DNA of 64,000 nt from NCBI GenBank assembly GCA_043228905.1, contig JBHGNT010000006.1, positions 12,152,001 through 12,216,000 on the forward strand. The letters are read 5' to 3'. How positions within the stretch are numbered: the stretch's first letter is position 1; every line of letters begins with the position of its first letter. Of this stretch, positions 50,340 to 62,783 are shown in pieces. Source of the DNA: Azolla caroliniana. Its lineage: Eukaryota; Plantae; Polypodiophyta. The position numbers were made by a program, and so were the translations under genes. The notes beneath the pieces are model-generated. The model saw nothing but the letters and a program-made list of their open reading frames with translations. It was not told where the DNA came from and did not search any database.

Positions 50340-53300
50340 TGTCGAATACAAGTGTATAATGGACGTATTCACACTATCCCTTTGTATAGATCAAGTTTGG
50401 GCCATTTGTGTAATTAGCATAAATGGTAGTTGCCCTAAGTCGGTCACTATATATAGTGACCTTGTAACCTTTTTGTAAGGTTGGTTGTATTATTGTTTCT
50501 ATTGAATAGAAAGACTCTTTTGTGCCTCCTCTCTCTCTCTCTCTATCTCTGTGCACGATCTCAGAAACTGTCATACGCAGGTACTCTACACGAATCGAAT
50601 GCTATTTGATCTTCCGCATTGACGGCCTTGTCTTCAACATCTGGTATCAGAGCCTGCACAGTATTCGGTCCTTCAACCCGTTGTCGGCCGTCGTCTCAGC
50701 CTGCACAGCATTCGGTTTCTTGCGTCATTCGAAGAAGAGAGAAGAAGAAGAAAAACGAGGCTTGCATCTCATCGCGTTAGATCATCTTCGCTTGGAGTAA
50801 GCCAGCCGGTTGTACTCTGTTCCTTGTGATCGTAACCGCTCGAGGTGAAATCCCCTTGTGCAACATTGACACGATCGTGCTCCACTCGGTTAAACGGCAT
50901 CCGAAGAGGTCATCAAACGCTGCTCGCCGCTCATTGTAACCACTCGGTGCAGATCGGTCTCAAGACAACAACCCAAATTCGTGCTTCATCCGGCTGATCG
51001 ACATTCGGGAGGATCAGTTGGATCCGTCTCTCTCGTCGCTGCAGTCACCCGAAGCAGAATCGGTCCAGACAATCGGTTTCAATAATCGGTATTTGGCATA
51101 TATATTCGGAAGCGAACCAGGCTCACTCCGACTCGGCAACATTCGGGAAGACCAGTCGGTTCTGTCCCTCAAGTTACCGGAGTCAATTCGAGCAAGTTCA
51201 ACAATACATATATCCGAAGCCGAACCGACTCGGGTTCAAATCCGACTAGAACGATATCGGGTGAGCCAACCGGCTGCACTCCAACAAGGTTCGTAGTCAA
51301 CTCCGAACCGAGCTTCGTCAACCGAAACCAAATTTGATGGCATCAACATCCGGCTCGTCAAAAATGAGTCTACGAAAGTTCGATGGATCGAACTTCAACT
51401 TCTGGAAGGAGCAAATGCAGGACTATCTCATAGTCAAGGGGCAAATCGATCCCATCGAAAATGAAGAACCTCCAGAAGGATACAAACCAATTGAGTGGCA
51501 GAAGCTGGACAGAATCGTCTGCGCCACGATTCGGATGCACCTATCGGAATCGGTATACTTTACGGTGCTATCGTGTACGACAGCATTCGAACTGTGGAAA
51601 ACACTGTCGGACACTTACGAAAAGAAGGTCGCTGCAACAAAGATGTTTCTGATCCGGCGCCTCTACAACTTGCGGATGAAAGAATCAGATTCGGTTCAAG
51701 CACATCTCAATGAGTACGAAAGCATAAGCTCCCAAATCTCATCTCAGGGGACGGCAATCGAGGATGAACTCAGAGCAATGATACTCATGAGCAGCCTTCC
51801 CTCATCATGGGAAACTTTCGTCACAACCGTGTGCAACGCGTCAACCACGGCTGTTAAATACTCCGAAGTCACGAGCGCAATCCTGACCGAAGCAGCTCGG
51901 AGAAAGTCTTTCGCCAAAGACTCAACAGACGACGCTTATGTAGTACAAGGTTCGACAGACCGATCGAACATACGAGGAAGAGATTCCTCACGGCAGCCGA
52001 ACAATCAGCGAAGACGGAGCCAGTCACGGGATAATCGAATCTGCAACTATTGCAAGAAACCCGGACACATCAAAGCCGACTGCCACGCACTCAAGAACAA
52101 GAACGACAAGTCTCAGAAATCAGACAAGAAGAGTGGCCGGCATGAGGAGATCAATTACGTCAGCTTCTCAGCTGATGTGCTACCAAACGACCCGAATATA
52201 CTATCAATCGAAAATCCAGTCGGATCAGAAGTTCTGCTCACGACTGAAGAATCGAGCACATGGCTCTTAGATTCGGGCGCGTCATTTCACGTGACTCCTC
52301 ATCGATCCCAATTTCGGCAATATACGATCCGTCACTCCGACTCAGTTCGAGTCGGCAACTCGCAACACTGTGACATCATTGGAATCGGCACAGTAGAGCT
52401 CAACCTTGTAGGTGGCTCTACACTTGTACTTCACAATGTCCGACATGTACCCGAGCTCTCAAGGCCATTGATCTCAGTCGGACAACTAGATGAAGACGGC
52501 ATTCGTGCCGGTTTTTCTTCGGGAGGGTGGACACTCCACAGGGGGAACCTCCTGCTTGCTAGAGGACCCAAGATACACTCACTGTATCCGTTACATGTTA
52601 CGCTCAGAGAGGGTAACCTGTTTTTGGTGGATATTCCTGTGTCATCACTATGGCACAGAAGATTAGGACACCTCAGCAAGGCCGGCATTACGCACCTATC
52701 TAGAGCCGGATACATCCCTAAACTCTCCTTCTCGGACCATCAATTCTGCGAACATTGCCAGTATGGCAAACAAGCAGCCGCATCACACCCGACATCAGCA
52801 CCAAGAGAAACGAGACCTCTCGATCTAGTCCACTCGGACGTCTGTGGCCCAATGCCGCATCAGTCTCTCGGCGGTGCCTCTTACTTCGTCAGTTTTATTG
52901 ACGATTCGACTCGAAAGGTGTGGGCTTATCCAATTCGCACCAAAGATCGTGTCTTCTCAATCTTCTCCGATTGGCTCGCTATGGTAGAAAATCAAACTGA
53001 CCGAAAACTGAAACGCTTTCGGACCGACAATGGGGGAGAGTTCAAATCAGAAGAATTCGTCAAATTCTGCCGACAACGGGGCATCCGACGTGAATTTACG
53101 GCACCACACAGTCCGGAGCAAAACGGGATTGCAGAACGCATGAATCGGACAATCCAAGAACGGATAGTTTCCATGCTCCAACACTCCGGACTGTCGGATG
53201 GCTTCTGGGCAGAGGCTCTACTCACGGCAGTACACATAATCAATATGTCGCCAAGCAGACCTCTAGGACTTCAAATTCCTCAGGAACTATGGATCGGCAG

Positions 53301-55863
53301 TAAGCCGAATTACGACAAGCTGAGGATCTTCGGATGCGAGGCATACGCCCTTATTCCGAAAGATGATCGCCGAAAACTTGCACCTCGGTCCAGGAAATGC
53401 ATTTTCCTTGGATATGGATCAGACGGCGAAATGGGATACCGACTCTGGGACCCCGAACGCAGACAAATCGTTCGAAGTTCGGACGTTGTGTTCAACGAGT
53501 CGGCTATGAATCCATCAGTCGAAAAACCGATCGAAGCCCGAAGGGTAACATTTTCCGATGTGCCGACCCTTCAAGAAGGCCCCGCTCTTAACACACGGTC
53601 AGCTTCACGGGTAGCTGAACCTTACACCACCGACTCGGACAACTCTGACTCGGCACAGCAGAATAATTCGCTTTCGGACCATCCGACCTCGATACCCGAT
53701 GCGACCAGTCCAATCATACCTCGACGATCCGAGAGACTGTCGCAACCTCCGGAGAGGTATTCTCCTGGAATTTTCTTCACCGACGCCGGCGAACCGACGT
53801 CTTACGAAGAAGCATCGACATCTGTCGATTCAGCCACCTAGCATCTGGCGATGGAGTCGGAAATGCACTCCATTCGGGCAAACAAGACTTGGGATCTGGT
53901 CGAACTACCTAAGAATCGACGTGCTCTTCCTTGCAAGTGGGTTTATCGACTAAAAGAGACGTCTGATTCGACCACCCCAAAGTACAAGGCCAGATTAGTT
54001 GCGAAGGGCTTCCGACAAGAATATGGCGTCGACTTCGACGAGATTTTTTCACCAGTGGTGAAAATGACAACCCTTCGTTTTCTACTCGGCGTAGTGGCAG
54101 CCGACAACTTGGAGCTGATTCAGCTAGATGTCAAAACAGCCTTCCTCCATGGTGATCTTGAAGAGGAAATTTATATGGAGCAGCCAAAAGGCTTCGTGGC
54201 AACTGGCCAAGAACATCTAGTCTGCCGACTCAGGAAGAGTCTATACGGCCTCAAACAGGCACCGCGACAATGGTACAAGAAGTTCGACGACTTCATCCAT
54301 TCGATCGGCTTCTCCAAAGGCGATGAGGACCATTGTCTTTTTACCAACACAGCTCAAGATGGATCACCCATCTTCCTCATCATTTACGTGGACGACATGC
54401 TAATTTCTGGACGCCACGCGGGCGAACTTGCCGATCTCATTCGGCAACTGCGGTTGAAGTTTGCCATGAAGGACCTCGGTCCGGCACGACACATACTTGG
54501 CATGAAGATTAGTCGGCATCGCGATAAACGACATCTTTTTTTGTCTCAGACCGACTATATCGGACGTGTCTTGGAACACTTCAACATGAAATCAGCCAAA
54601 TCTGCTTCAACCCCGCTCCCCATGAATCTTCGGCTCTCTCAGCGAGACTGCCCGACATCCGGTCCGGAGGGGGAAGATATGAAGTCGGTACCGTATGCAC
54701 TGGCAATCGGCTCCCTTATGTACCTGATGGTCGCGACACTGCCTGATATCTCTCATGCCGTAGGAGTCGTTAGCAGATTTATGCACAATCCTGGCCGATC
54801 GCATTGGAACGCAGTCAAGCATGTGTTCAAATATCTGGCTGGCACAAAAGATCACGGCATTCTTTTCGGTCCGAACTCAACCTCAGGCGTAGTCGGTTAC
54901 ACCGACTCGGACTTCGCCGGCTGTATAGACAGTCGGAAATCAACAACTGGATACTGCTTCAAATTCGGCAATGGAGCAATTTCGTGGAAGTCGAAACTTC
55001 AGGAGTGCACAGCGACCTCAACGACCGAAGTAGAATATGTAGCTGCGTCCGACGCTGCAAAAGAAGCTTTGTGGCTCGGCCGGCTGGCGCACACGTTTCG
55101 GCAAGTCGACCATGACTCGGCTCCAGTTGTCTATAGCGACAGTCAAGGTGCTGTTGCCTTGTCGAGAAATCCGGTTCACCACAACGCCTCCAAACATATC
55201 GACGTTCGATATCACTTCGTTCGGGACTGCGTCATTTCAGGGAAAATCGGTCTAGAGAAAATATCCACAACCGACAATGTCGCAGATGGAATGACCAAGT
55301 GTCTTTCGGCAGACCGCTTTCGGTCCCTTCGGCATCAGATGGGCGTAACGACAAACCAGTCCGGTTAGAGCCGGACACAGCGCAGGATGGTTTCAGACAA
55401 CCGACATCAGTTCCTTAATGATCGGCTTCAACTCTTCCGACCCGACCAGTCCGGTCTTCTGCCTTCGGACCCTGCCGACTCGAACAAAACTGATATGTCC
55501 GAGAACCTAGGTTTATACCTGTAATCTTAGATAACCCATGTATACGCCCATTACGGGGGAGTGTCGAATACAAGTGTATAATGGACGTATTCACACTATC
55601 CCTTTGTATAGATCAAGTTTGGGCCATTTGTGTAATTAGCATAAATGGTAGTTGCCCTAAGTCGGTCACTATATATAGTGACCTTGTAACCTTTTTGTAA
55701 GGTTGGTTGTATTATTGTTTCTATTGAATAGAAAGACTCTTTTGTGCCTCCTCTCTCTCTCTCTCTCTATCTCTGTGCACGATCTCAGAAACTGTCATAC
55801 GCAAGTACTCTACACGAATCGAATGCTATTTGATCTTCCGCATTGACGGCCTTGTCTTCAACA
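50340..55863 (+). mobile_element. Young, nearly intact Ty1/copia element E (innermost level)
   Basis: LTRs 50340-50639 and 55562-55863 differ by about one substitution and one CT unit. TSD GTCAG; iMet PBS at 50642-50653; PPT ATTACGGGGGAG. Confidence 0.97.
51337..55368 (+). CDS. Copia gag-pol polyprotein (gag, CCHC knuckle, PR, IN, RT, RH) with one in-frame TAG at 53839-53841
   Basis: FDGSNFNFWK, CNYCKKPGHIKADC, WLLDSGAS, VHSDVCGP, TDNGGEF, QNGIAER, QLDVKTAFLHG, IYVDDML, SKHIDVRYHF. Both ORF pieces lie in the same frame. Confidence 0.93.
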
Positions 55864-58800
55864 GTCAGTACCGTATGCACCGACAGTCGGCTCGCTTATG
55901 TACGTGATGGTCGTGACACGGCCTGATATTTCTCACGCCGTAGGAGTCGTAAGCAGATTCATGCACAACCCAGGCCGATCGCACTGGAACGTAGTCAAGC
56001 ATGTGTTCAGATATCTAGCTAGCACAAAAGACCACGACCACGACATTCTTTTTGGCCTGAACTCAACCTCAGGGTCGGTTACACTGACTCGGATTTCGCC
56101 GGCTGCGTGGACCGTCGGAAATCAACAACCGGATATTTTTTCCAATTTGGCAATGGAGAAATCTCGTGGAAGTCGAAACTTCGGGAGTGCACAACCACCT
56201 CAACGACCGAAGCAGAATATGTAGTTGCGTCCGACGCGGCAAAAGAAGCTTTATGGCTCGGTTGGCTGGCACACACGTTTCGACAAGTCGACTTTGACTC
56301 GGCTCCAGTTGTCTACAGCGACAATCAGGGTGTTGTTGCTTTGTCAAAAAATCTGGTTCACCACAACGCCTCGAAGCATATCGACGTTCGATATCACTTT
56401 GTTCGGGACTGCGTCATTTCAGGGAAAATCGGTCTCGAGAAGATATCCACAACCGATAATGTCCAAGATGGAATAAACAAGTGTCTTTCGGCGGATCGCT
56501 TCCAGTCCCTTCGGCACCAAATGGGCGTAACAAAAAATCGGTCTGGTTAAAGTCGGACACACAACACAGGATGGTTTCAGACAACCGACATCGGTTCTTC
56601 GAGGATCGGCTTCAGCTCTTCCGACCCGACCAGATCGGTCTTCCGTCTTCAGATCTTGCCGACTTGAACAAAACCGATCTATCCGATAAACCTTGTATAT
56701 ACCCGTAATTTCAGATAACCCATGTATACACCCATTATGGGGGAGTGTCGAATACGAGTGTATAATGGCCGTATTCACACTGTCCCTTTGGACAATCCAA
56801 AATTGGGCTATTTCTGTAAATAGCATAAAGGGCAGTTGCCCTAGGATAGTCACTATATAAAGTGACTTTGTAACCTTTAGTGGAGGGGGGTTGTCATTTG
56901 TAACTGTTGCTATTAAGAAATAAAACACTTCTTTATGCCTCTCTCTCTCTCTCTCTATGTGTATCTTGTTCATTCTCATACACAGGTCCTTCAACATCAC
57001 ATATGTTGTTTGTTCTTCTGCACGGACGACCTTGTCCCCAACAGCAAGGCGGGCAACTGAAATGAGGAAGAGATAGCCACAGACCACGACGTCCGAATGA
57101 AGGTGGCTACGAACATGACATTGGCGAGTAATGGTACTGAGACTTTTCCCACACCTATTCTAGAGACTTCGGCGGTTGGCCCTGAGAGCCCACGTGAGAC
57201 CGGAGAGAGGGAAGGTGACGGTGGCAAAGCGGGCAACCGGCACGACAACAAGGAAAACGAGGAAAGTAGTAGTGGAAGAAGAAGAGATCCCTTGACACTG
57301 GTGCCAGAGACTTCGGCGGTTGCGTACCAACATAAGACCGGAGAGATGGGCGGTGGCCGTGAGGATGCGAGGCCCGTAGTAGGCACGTGTGGAAGGACCG
57401 AAAGGGAGGCCGAGAGCGGCAACGAGGAGAGAGTCGGGAACCGACCCAATCGGAAGACGAACTGGTCGGTAATCCGACACGACTAGAAGACGACACAGAA
57501 GAAGATTGGAGTGGGTGCCGGTCAACCGGGCCCGAATGGAAGAAGAGCTGGCAAGACCAAATTTTTTTTGCCGAACCATTGCCGGCCGGTTACGATTACG
57601 GAAGGGAGACGACTGAACTGGAACATGATCGGTCGGGGTCGAACCGAGCAAGGGCTATGCCGGCATGATTGGAGGTCGAGGTACACGAGCCACGACACCC
57701 GGTGGGAGCCGGTGAGCGTGAGAAGGAGGCTAACCGGGCACGACGACTACAGTTTGGTGAAAGATTGGAAACAAGTGGGACCCTCCACAACCATTCTAGA
57801 GACTTCGATAGTTACGGATAAACATAAGACCGGAGAGACGGCGGGTGGCGGCGAGGAGTCGGAAGCCGGAGCGGACGAGGTTACCGGAACAGGTATCCGA
57901 TACGGAATGACGAACGAGCGGGGCCAAGACGATAAGCCGGAGTCGGAAGGGGCTATGGCAACGAAGGAAGAAGAGGCCGACACGGAGGTCAGGACTACGG
58001 CGGAAGAAACGTGTAACACGAAGCGTGCATTACGGCGTAAAACGGAGCATGCACTACGGCCGGCGAAGGACCAAGAAGCAAGCATGCACCCGGAAGAGCG
58101 GCAACGAGTGACCAGCAACAATGGACCGGTCAAGCCTTTGAGAGGCAAGCACGTGGCAAGAGACGGAGCGGTGAGTTTCCGGGATTGGCGGATGAACGAC
58201 GAGAGCAGAGGATGGTGCGCGGAGAGCAAAGGGGTACGCATCGGGAAGAGAAAAAACGGTGTCCCGGAGGACATGCGAGGCCAAGTGGGCCAAGAGGATG
58301 TGAGTTGGGATGAAGCGGTAACGAGAGCCGCGAAGGACCCTGACATGAAGGTAGGGATGATGATACGCTCTACTACGAGAGAGGACGACAAGCAAGGGAG
58401 AAACGAGGAGCGCGTAATGGGGTCATCTAAGGACCAAAGAACGAGTGTGCATTGGGAGGAGCTGCAACGAGTGACCGATGATGACCATGGCAAGGTGCGG
58501 GATGAAGGACGACGCGACGAAACGCCAAGATCGACGGAACGAGACGAGCGCGATCGGCATGAACGAAGGATTGTGTCTAGCAAAATGGAGGAGGTGTGTG
58601 GAGAACAGAGGGTCACGCACCGTGAAGAGCAAATGGGGCCGAGAGGGCCAGGTGGACCAAGAGGGTGTACCTTGGGGCGAAGCGGCAACATTGGAGGTTG
58701 CGGAGGACACCGAAGATGAGAGCACCGACACGGATGTAGGGGAAGCAATGTACCTTTTCGAAAGGGTACGCATGGCGGAGCGGAGTGCGAGACGTGCGAT

Positions 58801-61800
58801 GTGGCCGCGTAAGGGCCGAGCAATGAGCACGAGGATGATCGACGACGAAGTTCGGCCCGTGACAGTGCCAAATCGGAGTTCGGTGCATGACAGTGCCGAG
58901 TCAAGGAAGCGGCCAAGGCAAGACAAGCGTGGACGAAGAGCACATGGTGCAATATCCGGCAAACAGTTGGGAAGAATGAGGATTTGGTCCAAGTTCACAT
59001 GCAGAAAACAAAGGAAGCCAAAGAGAGGTGTGCGAAGACCGGGTCTGGCGAATCGAGCAGAGACAGTGGTTCGGCGAACTTCGTCGAGTATGGTGGATTG
59101 CATGGAGCCGACGGTTCGAGACCATATGGCGGGTATGGCGGACCGGGAGGCTATGGTGGTCCATGTGGAAAGGATGGGCTTGCTCGAAGTGGAAGACGAA
59201 GTCGGGCAAAGTTGACAAGGACGCTACGGACTCGGTTGATCACCATGACCGAAAATCTCACCTCTTTCCCCTTCTTGGCACATACCGGTGGCTGTGCGGT
59301 TTGGTGGGGACGGATGTCATGAAGATTTTCGTCCATAGGGGGAAAACCAAGCGGAGTGAGCAAAACCAGGGTGTGCAACGTTGCACACACACATGATGTA
59401 TTTGTAAAATATTAATAAGAACAAATGTAAATTGTAAGAAATGCACCACAAGATTCCTAAAGTGTAAATGTGATGTGCACTTATGTGCACATCCACATGA
59501 GAAAGAGAGGGGTACATAGGAGTACGAGGTGAGTAATGGGCATAGTACTGTGTGTGAGGAGTGGGAGTTAAGGCCCCATCAATCCCTCCAAGAATCTAAT
59601 CAAATATCCCCCATTGAATGAAGGGGATATTTAGTCTCTCCTTTTTGTAACGGCTTTCTCTCCTTATGCTATAAAAGGAGAGGAAGGGGCACCATTGAAG
59701 GCGTTGCCTATTTTGAGTGAGAAGAGGTATACCACTTAGGTCAAGGGTTTCTATTCGGTTTAGGGTTTCTTCATTTCTTTCTTTACTTATCCGATTAGGG
59801 TTTACATTCTACTTATGTTTTGAGTTCGGCCCACGCGGCCGCGGTTGTAATCGCATTGCGGCTTTCATGCCCATAATATACATAACTTCATAAATCTTGT
59901 CTCTTTCTACTTTCTCTACCGTGCTAATCTCTTCCACTTTGCTCATGCCCGTCTTCCCATCTACTCCCTAGTCCAAGACCCCCGTGGTCCCGCCTTATTC
60001 TACACGCACGCGTGGAAATACGCGACACCGGTTTTCATTGGATGATCTGAAGTTCATCATCTTCTTCTCCGACTCCCAGTCGGCAATGGTCTTGTCTTCC
60101 ATTAAGACTATGTCCCGACTCCGAAACACCTTCTTGTCGACCAGATACCACACCCTATAACCAAACTCATCAACACCGTATCTACGGAATATGCATGGCC
60201 GGGACTTCAGATCCAGCTTTGTTGTCTTGTCCTTCGCCACATGCACGTAAGCGAGACACCTGAACACCATCAGATGCCGGTAAGATACATCTTTTCCAGT
60301 CCATGCCTTCTGAGGTGAGTTTCCTCCCAAGGGTACTAAGGGTGATCTGTTTATCACGTAGGTAGCCGTCGTCAGTGCCTCAGCCCAAAACGTCTTGGGT
60401 AACTTGGCATGTGCGAGCATGCTCCAGACTCTCTCCATTATGGTCTGGTTCATCCTTTCGGCCAGCCCGTTTAGTTCCGGTGTCTTTAGCACGGTGAATT
60501 TGAGCCGGATTCCCTTCGACCGGCAGTACTCCTCGAACTACCCCCGGTATTCTCCTCCGTTATCTGCTCGAACCGCCTTCAGCTTTCTGTCGGTTTCTCT
60601 TTCCACTCTCGCGTGGAGCTCCTTGAAGATGGATAGCACCTGATCCTTCGTCTTCAACGGTGAGACCCACAACTTCCAGATGTGGTCGTCTATGAACATC
60701 ACGAAGTACTGCGCTCTGGCATGTGACTTCGTGTCCACTTGACAAACATCGGTATGCACCAGCTCTAGTGGTGCATTCCGTCTCATTGGTGGTCTTGACC
60801 GGAAGGAGGTTCAATTTTGCTTGCCGGCCAAGCAATCAATGCACTCCTCAACTTGCATGTCCTTCACCGGAATGAGGTTGTCTTCAACAAGCCTTTTCAT
60901 CTCCTTCACACTCATGTGACACAATCTCTTGTGCCACAACTCATCGGCAATGTCGGAAGCAACGTTCACTTCTTCTTCTCGGAATAACCAGGCGTTCATC
61001 ATTATTAGGCTTCCCTTGCTGAACTTCATGACTCCATTCCGGATGCTACCCGTGTAGCCTTCATCATCTAGCCGACCGGCTGATATTAAGTTCAGTCAAA
61101 CCTTCGGAACGTGTCAGACATCCTTCAGCAGCAACTTGCATCTGGTTGGTGTCGTCAACCACACGTCTCCTATGCCGACAATTCAGCATGTACCTTCATT
61201 CCCCATCCGGACATAGCCGTGCTCACCGGCTGTGTAGGATGAGAAGCATTTCCGGCCCGGGGTAAGGTGGAACGACGCTCCGGAATCGACAACCCATGTA
61301 TCGTCATTGGCAAGGAGGGCCTTCCCCTTGACTTTGACCATGTCCCCAACTCTTCCCGGTTCTGGGGACTCTAATTCCTTTGTCTTCCGCGTTCTGATTC
61401 GGTAAGGAGGGCTTTGGCGTCAGAGATCACCTCCTTGACTTTCCAACGCGCCTCCTCATCTACCAAGCTCGACTAGACTCTTGTTAGGGATAGCTATTTT
61501 CCTTTCGGCCCAGCGTTGCCCAAAGTGACAACTAACGTCTCCCAGCTATCCGAGACGGAACCGATCAGGAGTAGAGCAAGTACCTCATCGGCAAGAGCTA
61601 CTTCCAACAAGGTTTCCTGGTGAATCAGCCCCTCGAAGGCATTAATGTGCTCCGCCATACTAGAGCCGTCTTGGTACCGGAGCCTCACTAGCTTTCAAAA
61701 TACCAAAACACCAACATTTTTGTTCTGGAACATGATGTCGATCTTCTCCGAGAGTTCATGAGCCTTGCTCTCTTCATTCAAGTTGTTGTACGAGCTCATG

Positions 61801-62783
61801 TCGATGAAGCACCGAATGTATGCAGTTGTCTTCATGTGCATCACTTCCCACACTGTGGCGTCGATCTTATTTGGTCTCTTGTCGTCGAACTGAACCAGAA
61901 ACCAAAGATCTTTGATCACCAGCATATCCCTCATCTTCGACTTCCACATTGAGTAGTTGGAGCCAGTGAGGTTGAACATGACACCGCACGATTCTTCCAT
62001 TTTCTGTGTTGTTTGCTTTGATACCAGTTTGATGAGAATCACGGAATGTAACTCGGCCAAAACGGAGTCTACAATCACAGAAAATGAGGATGGAGGAATT
62101 AGAAATGGGAACTAAAGAGTGAACACAAGATGTTTACGTGGAAAACCCTAATAGGGAAAAACCACGGGAGCCCACAGACTCCGAACTATCACTATGAAGA
62201 GAAGGGGTACAATTAGAGACTCGTAGGCAACAACCTCGAGCTCGATTTCTTTGCCAGGCGGCGGTTACAACTGAGTATATCTTTGTATCTCTCTCTCCCT
62301 CTCTATCACACTCTCTCTATACAACAATATGACAACATCAACAACTCCTAATAAGTGTTTTCCCTAGGTCATATTTATACTAATATGGCTTTAGAACTAT
62401 TTACAAATATAGCCTCCATGAGCTTACTAAGAAAAACATATTTACAAATATGTCTTCTACATCCGGTTCTCACCGGGTCCTCATCATCCGGTTCTCATCG
62501 AGTCTTCTACACCCGGTTCTTACCGGGTCTTCTACATCCGGTTCTCAAGATCCCATCTGGAGGGACCGAAATCCCAACAAACTCTTGTATTCTTAATATA
62601 AAGCTTGTTCTTATCATACCATTTCAATTCTTCAATCATATATTGTCTGTGTCTCTTATCTATGCTCGTCTCTCTCTTGCACATTACTTGTAAAATTCTC
62701 CTTCTTCCTATCCTTAATCATTCTAACATCGTTTCACAAGCCTTATTAAAATTTTGCCAACTCCCTTTAACCTTAGTCCCTGT

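Larger units (their letters stand above)
43297..57043 (+). mobile_element. Degenerate, chimeric copia element family D
   Basis: TSD GCAAG. Truncated LTR 43297-43455; full LTR 46098-46414 with iMet PBS at 46417; decayed gag-pol 47040-50339 plus 55869-56550; PPT; 3' LTR 56746-57043. Confidence 0.92.
41650..60027 (+). mobile_element. Non-autonomous LTR element family C (gypsy-like/LARD-like), tRNA-Trp primed
   Basis: LTRs 41650-42364 and 59315-60027; 4-bp TSD CCGG, and the host frame is restored on removal (SSNENR|LEDTRIY). Purine-rich tract before the 3' LTR. Native interior 42365-43296 plus 57049-59314 has only a gag-like remnant and no RT/IN motifs. Confidence 0.9.
39868..62579 (-). mobile_element. 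Copia element family B (outermost level of the nest), internally deleted
   Basis: LTRs 62030-62579 and 39868-40430; TSD AACTC; PBS TGGTATCAAAGC at 62015-62026; PPT at 40431-40440. gag/PR/IN at 60028-62000; RT remnant and RH at 40450-41649. Confidence 0.95.

Noticed and set aside
57155-59396. Long overlapping ORFs (up to ~400 aa) on both strands
   Set aside because: GC-rich interior of element C, with low-complexity Arg/Ser/Glu translations and no domain motifs; expected by chance at this composition.
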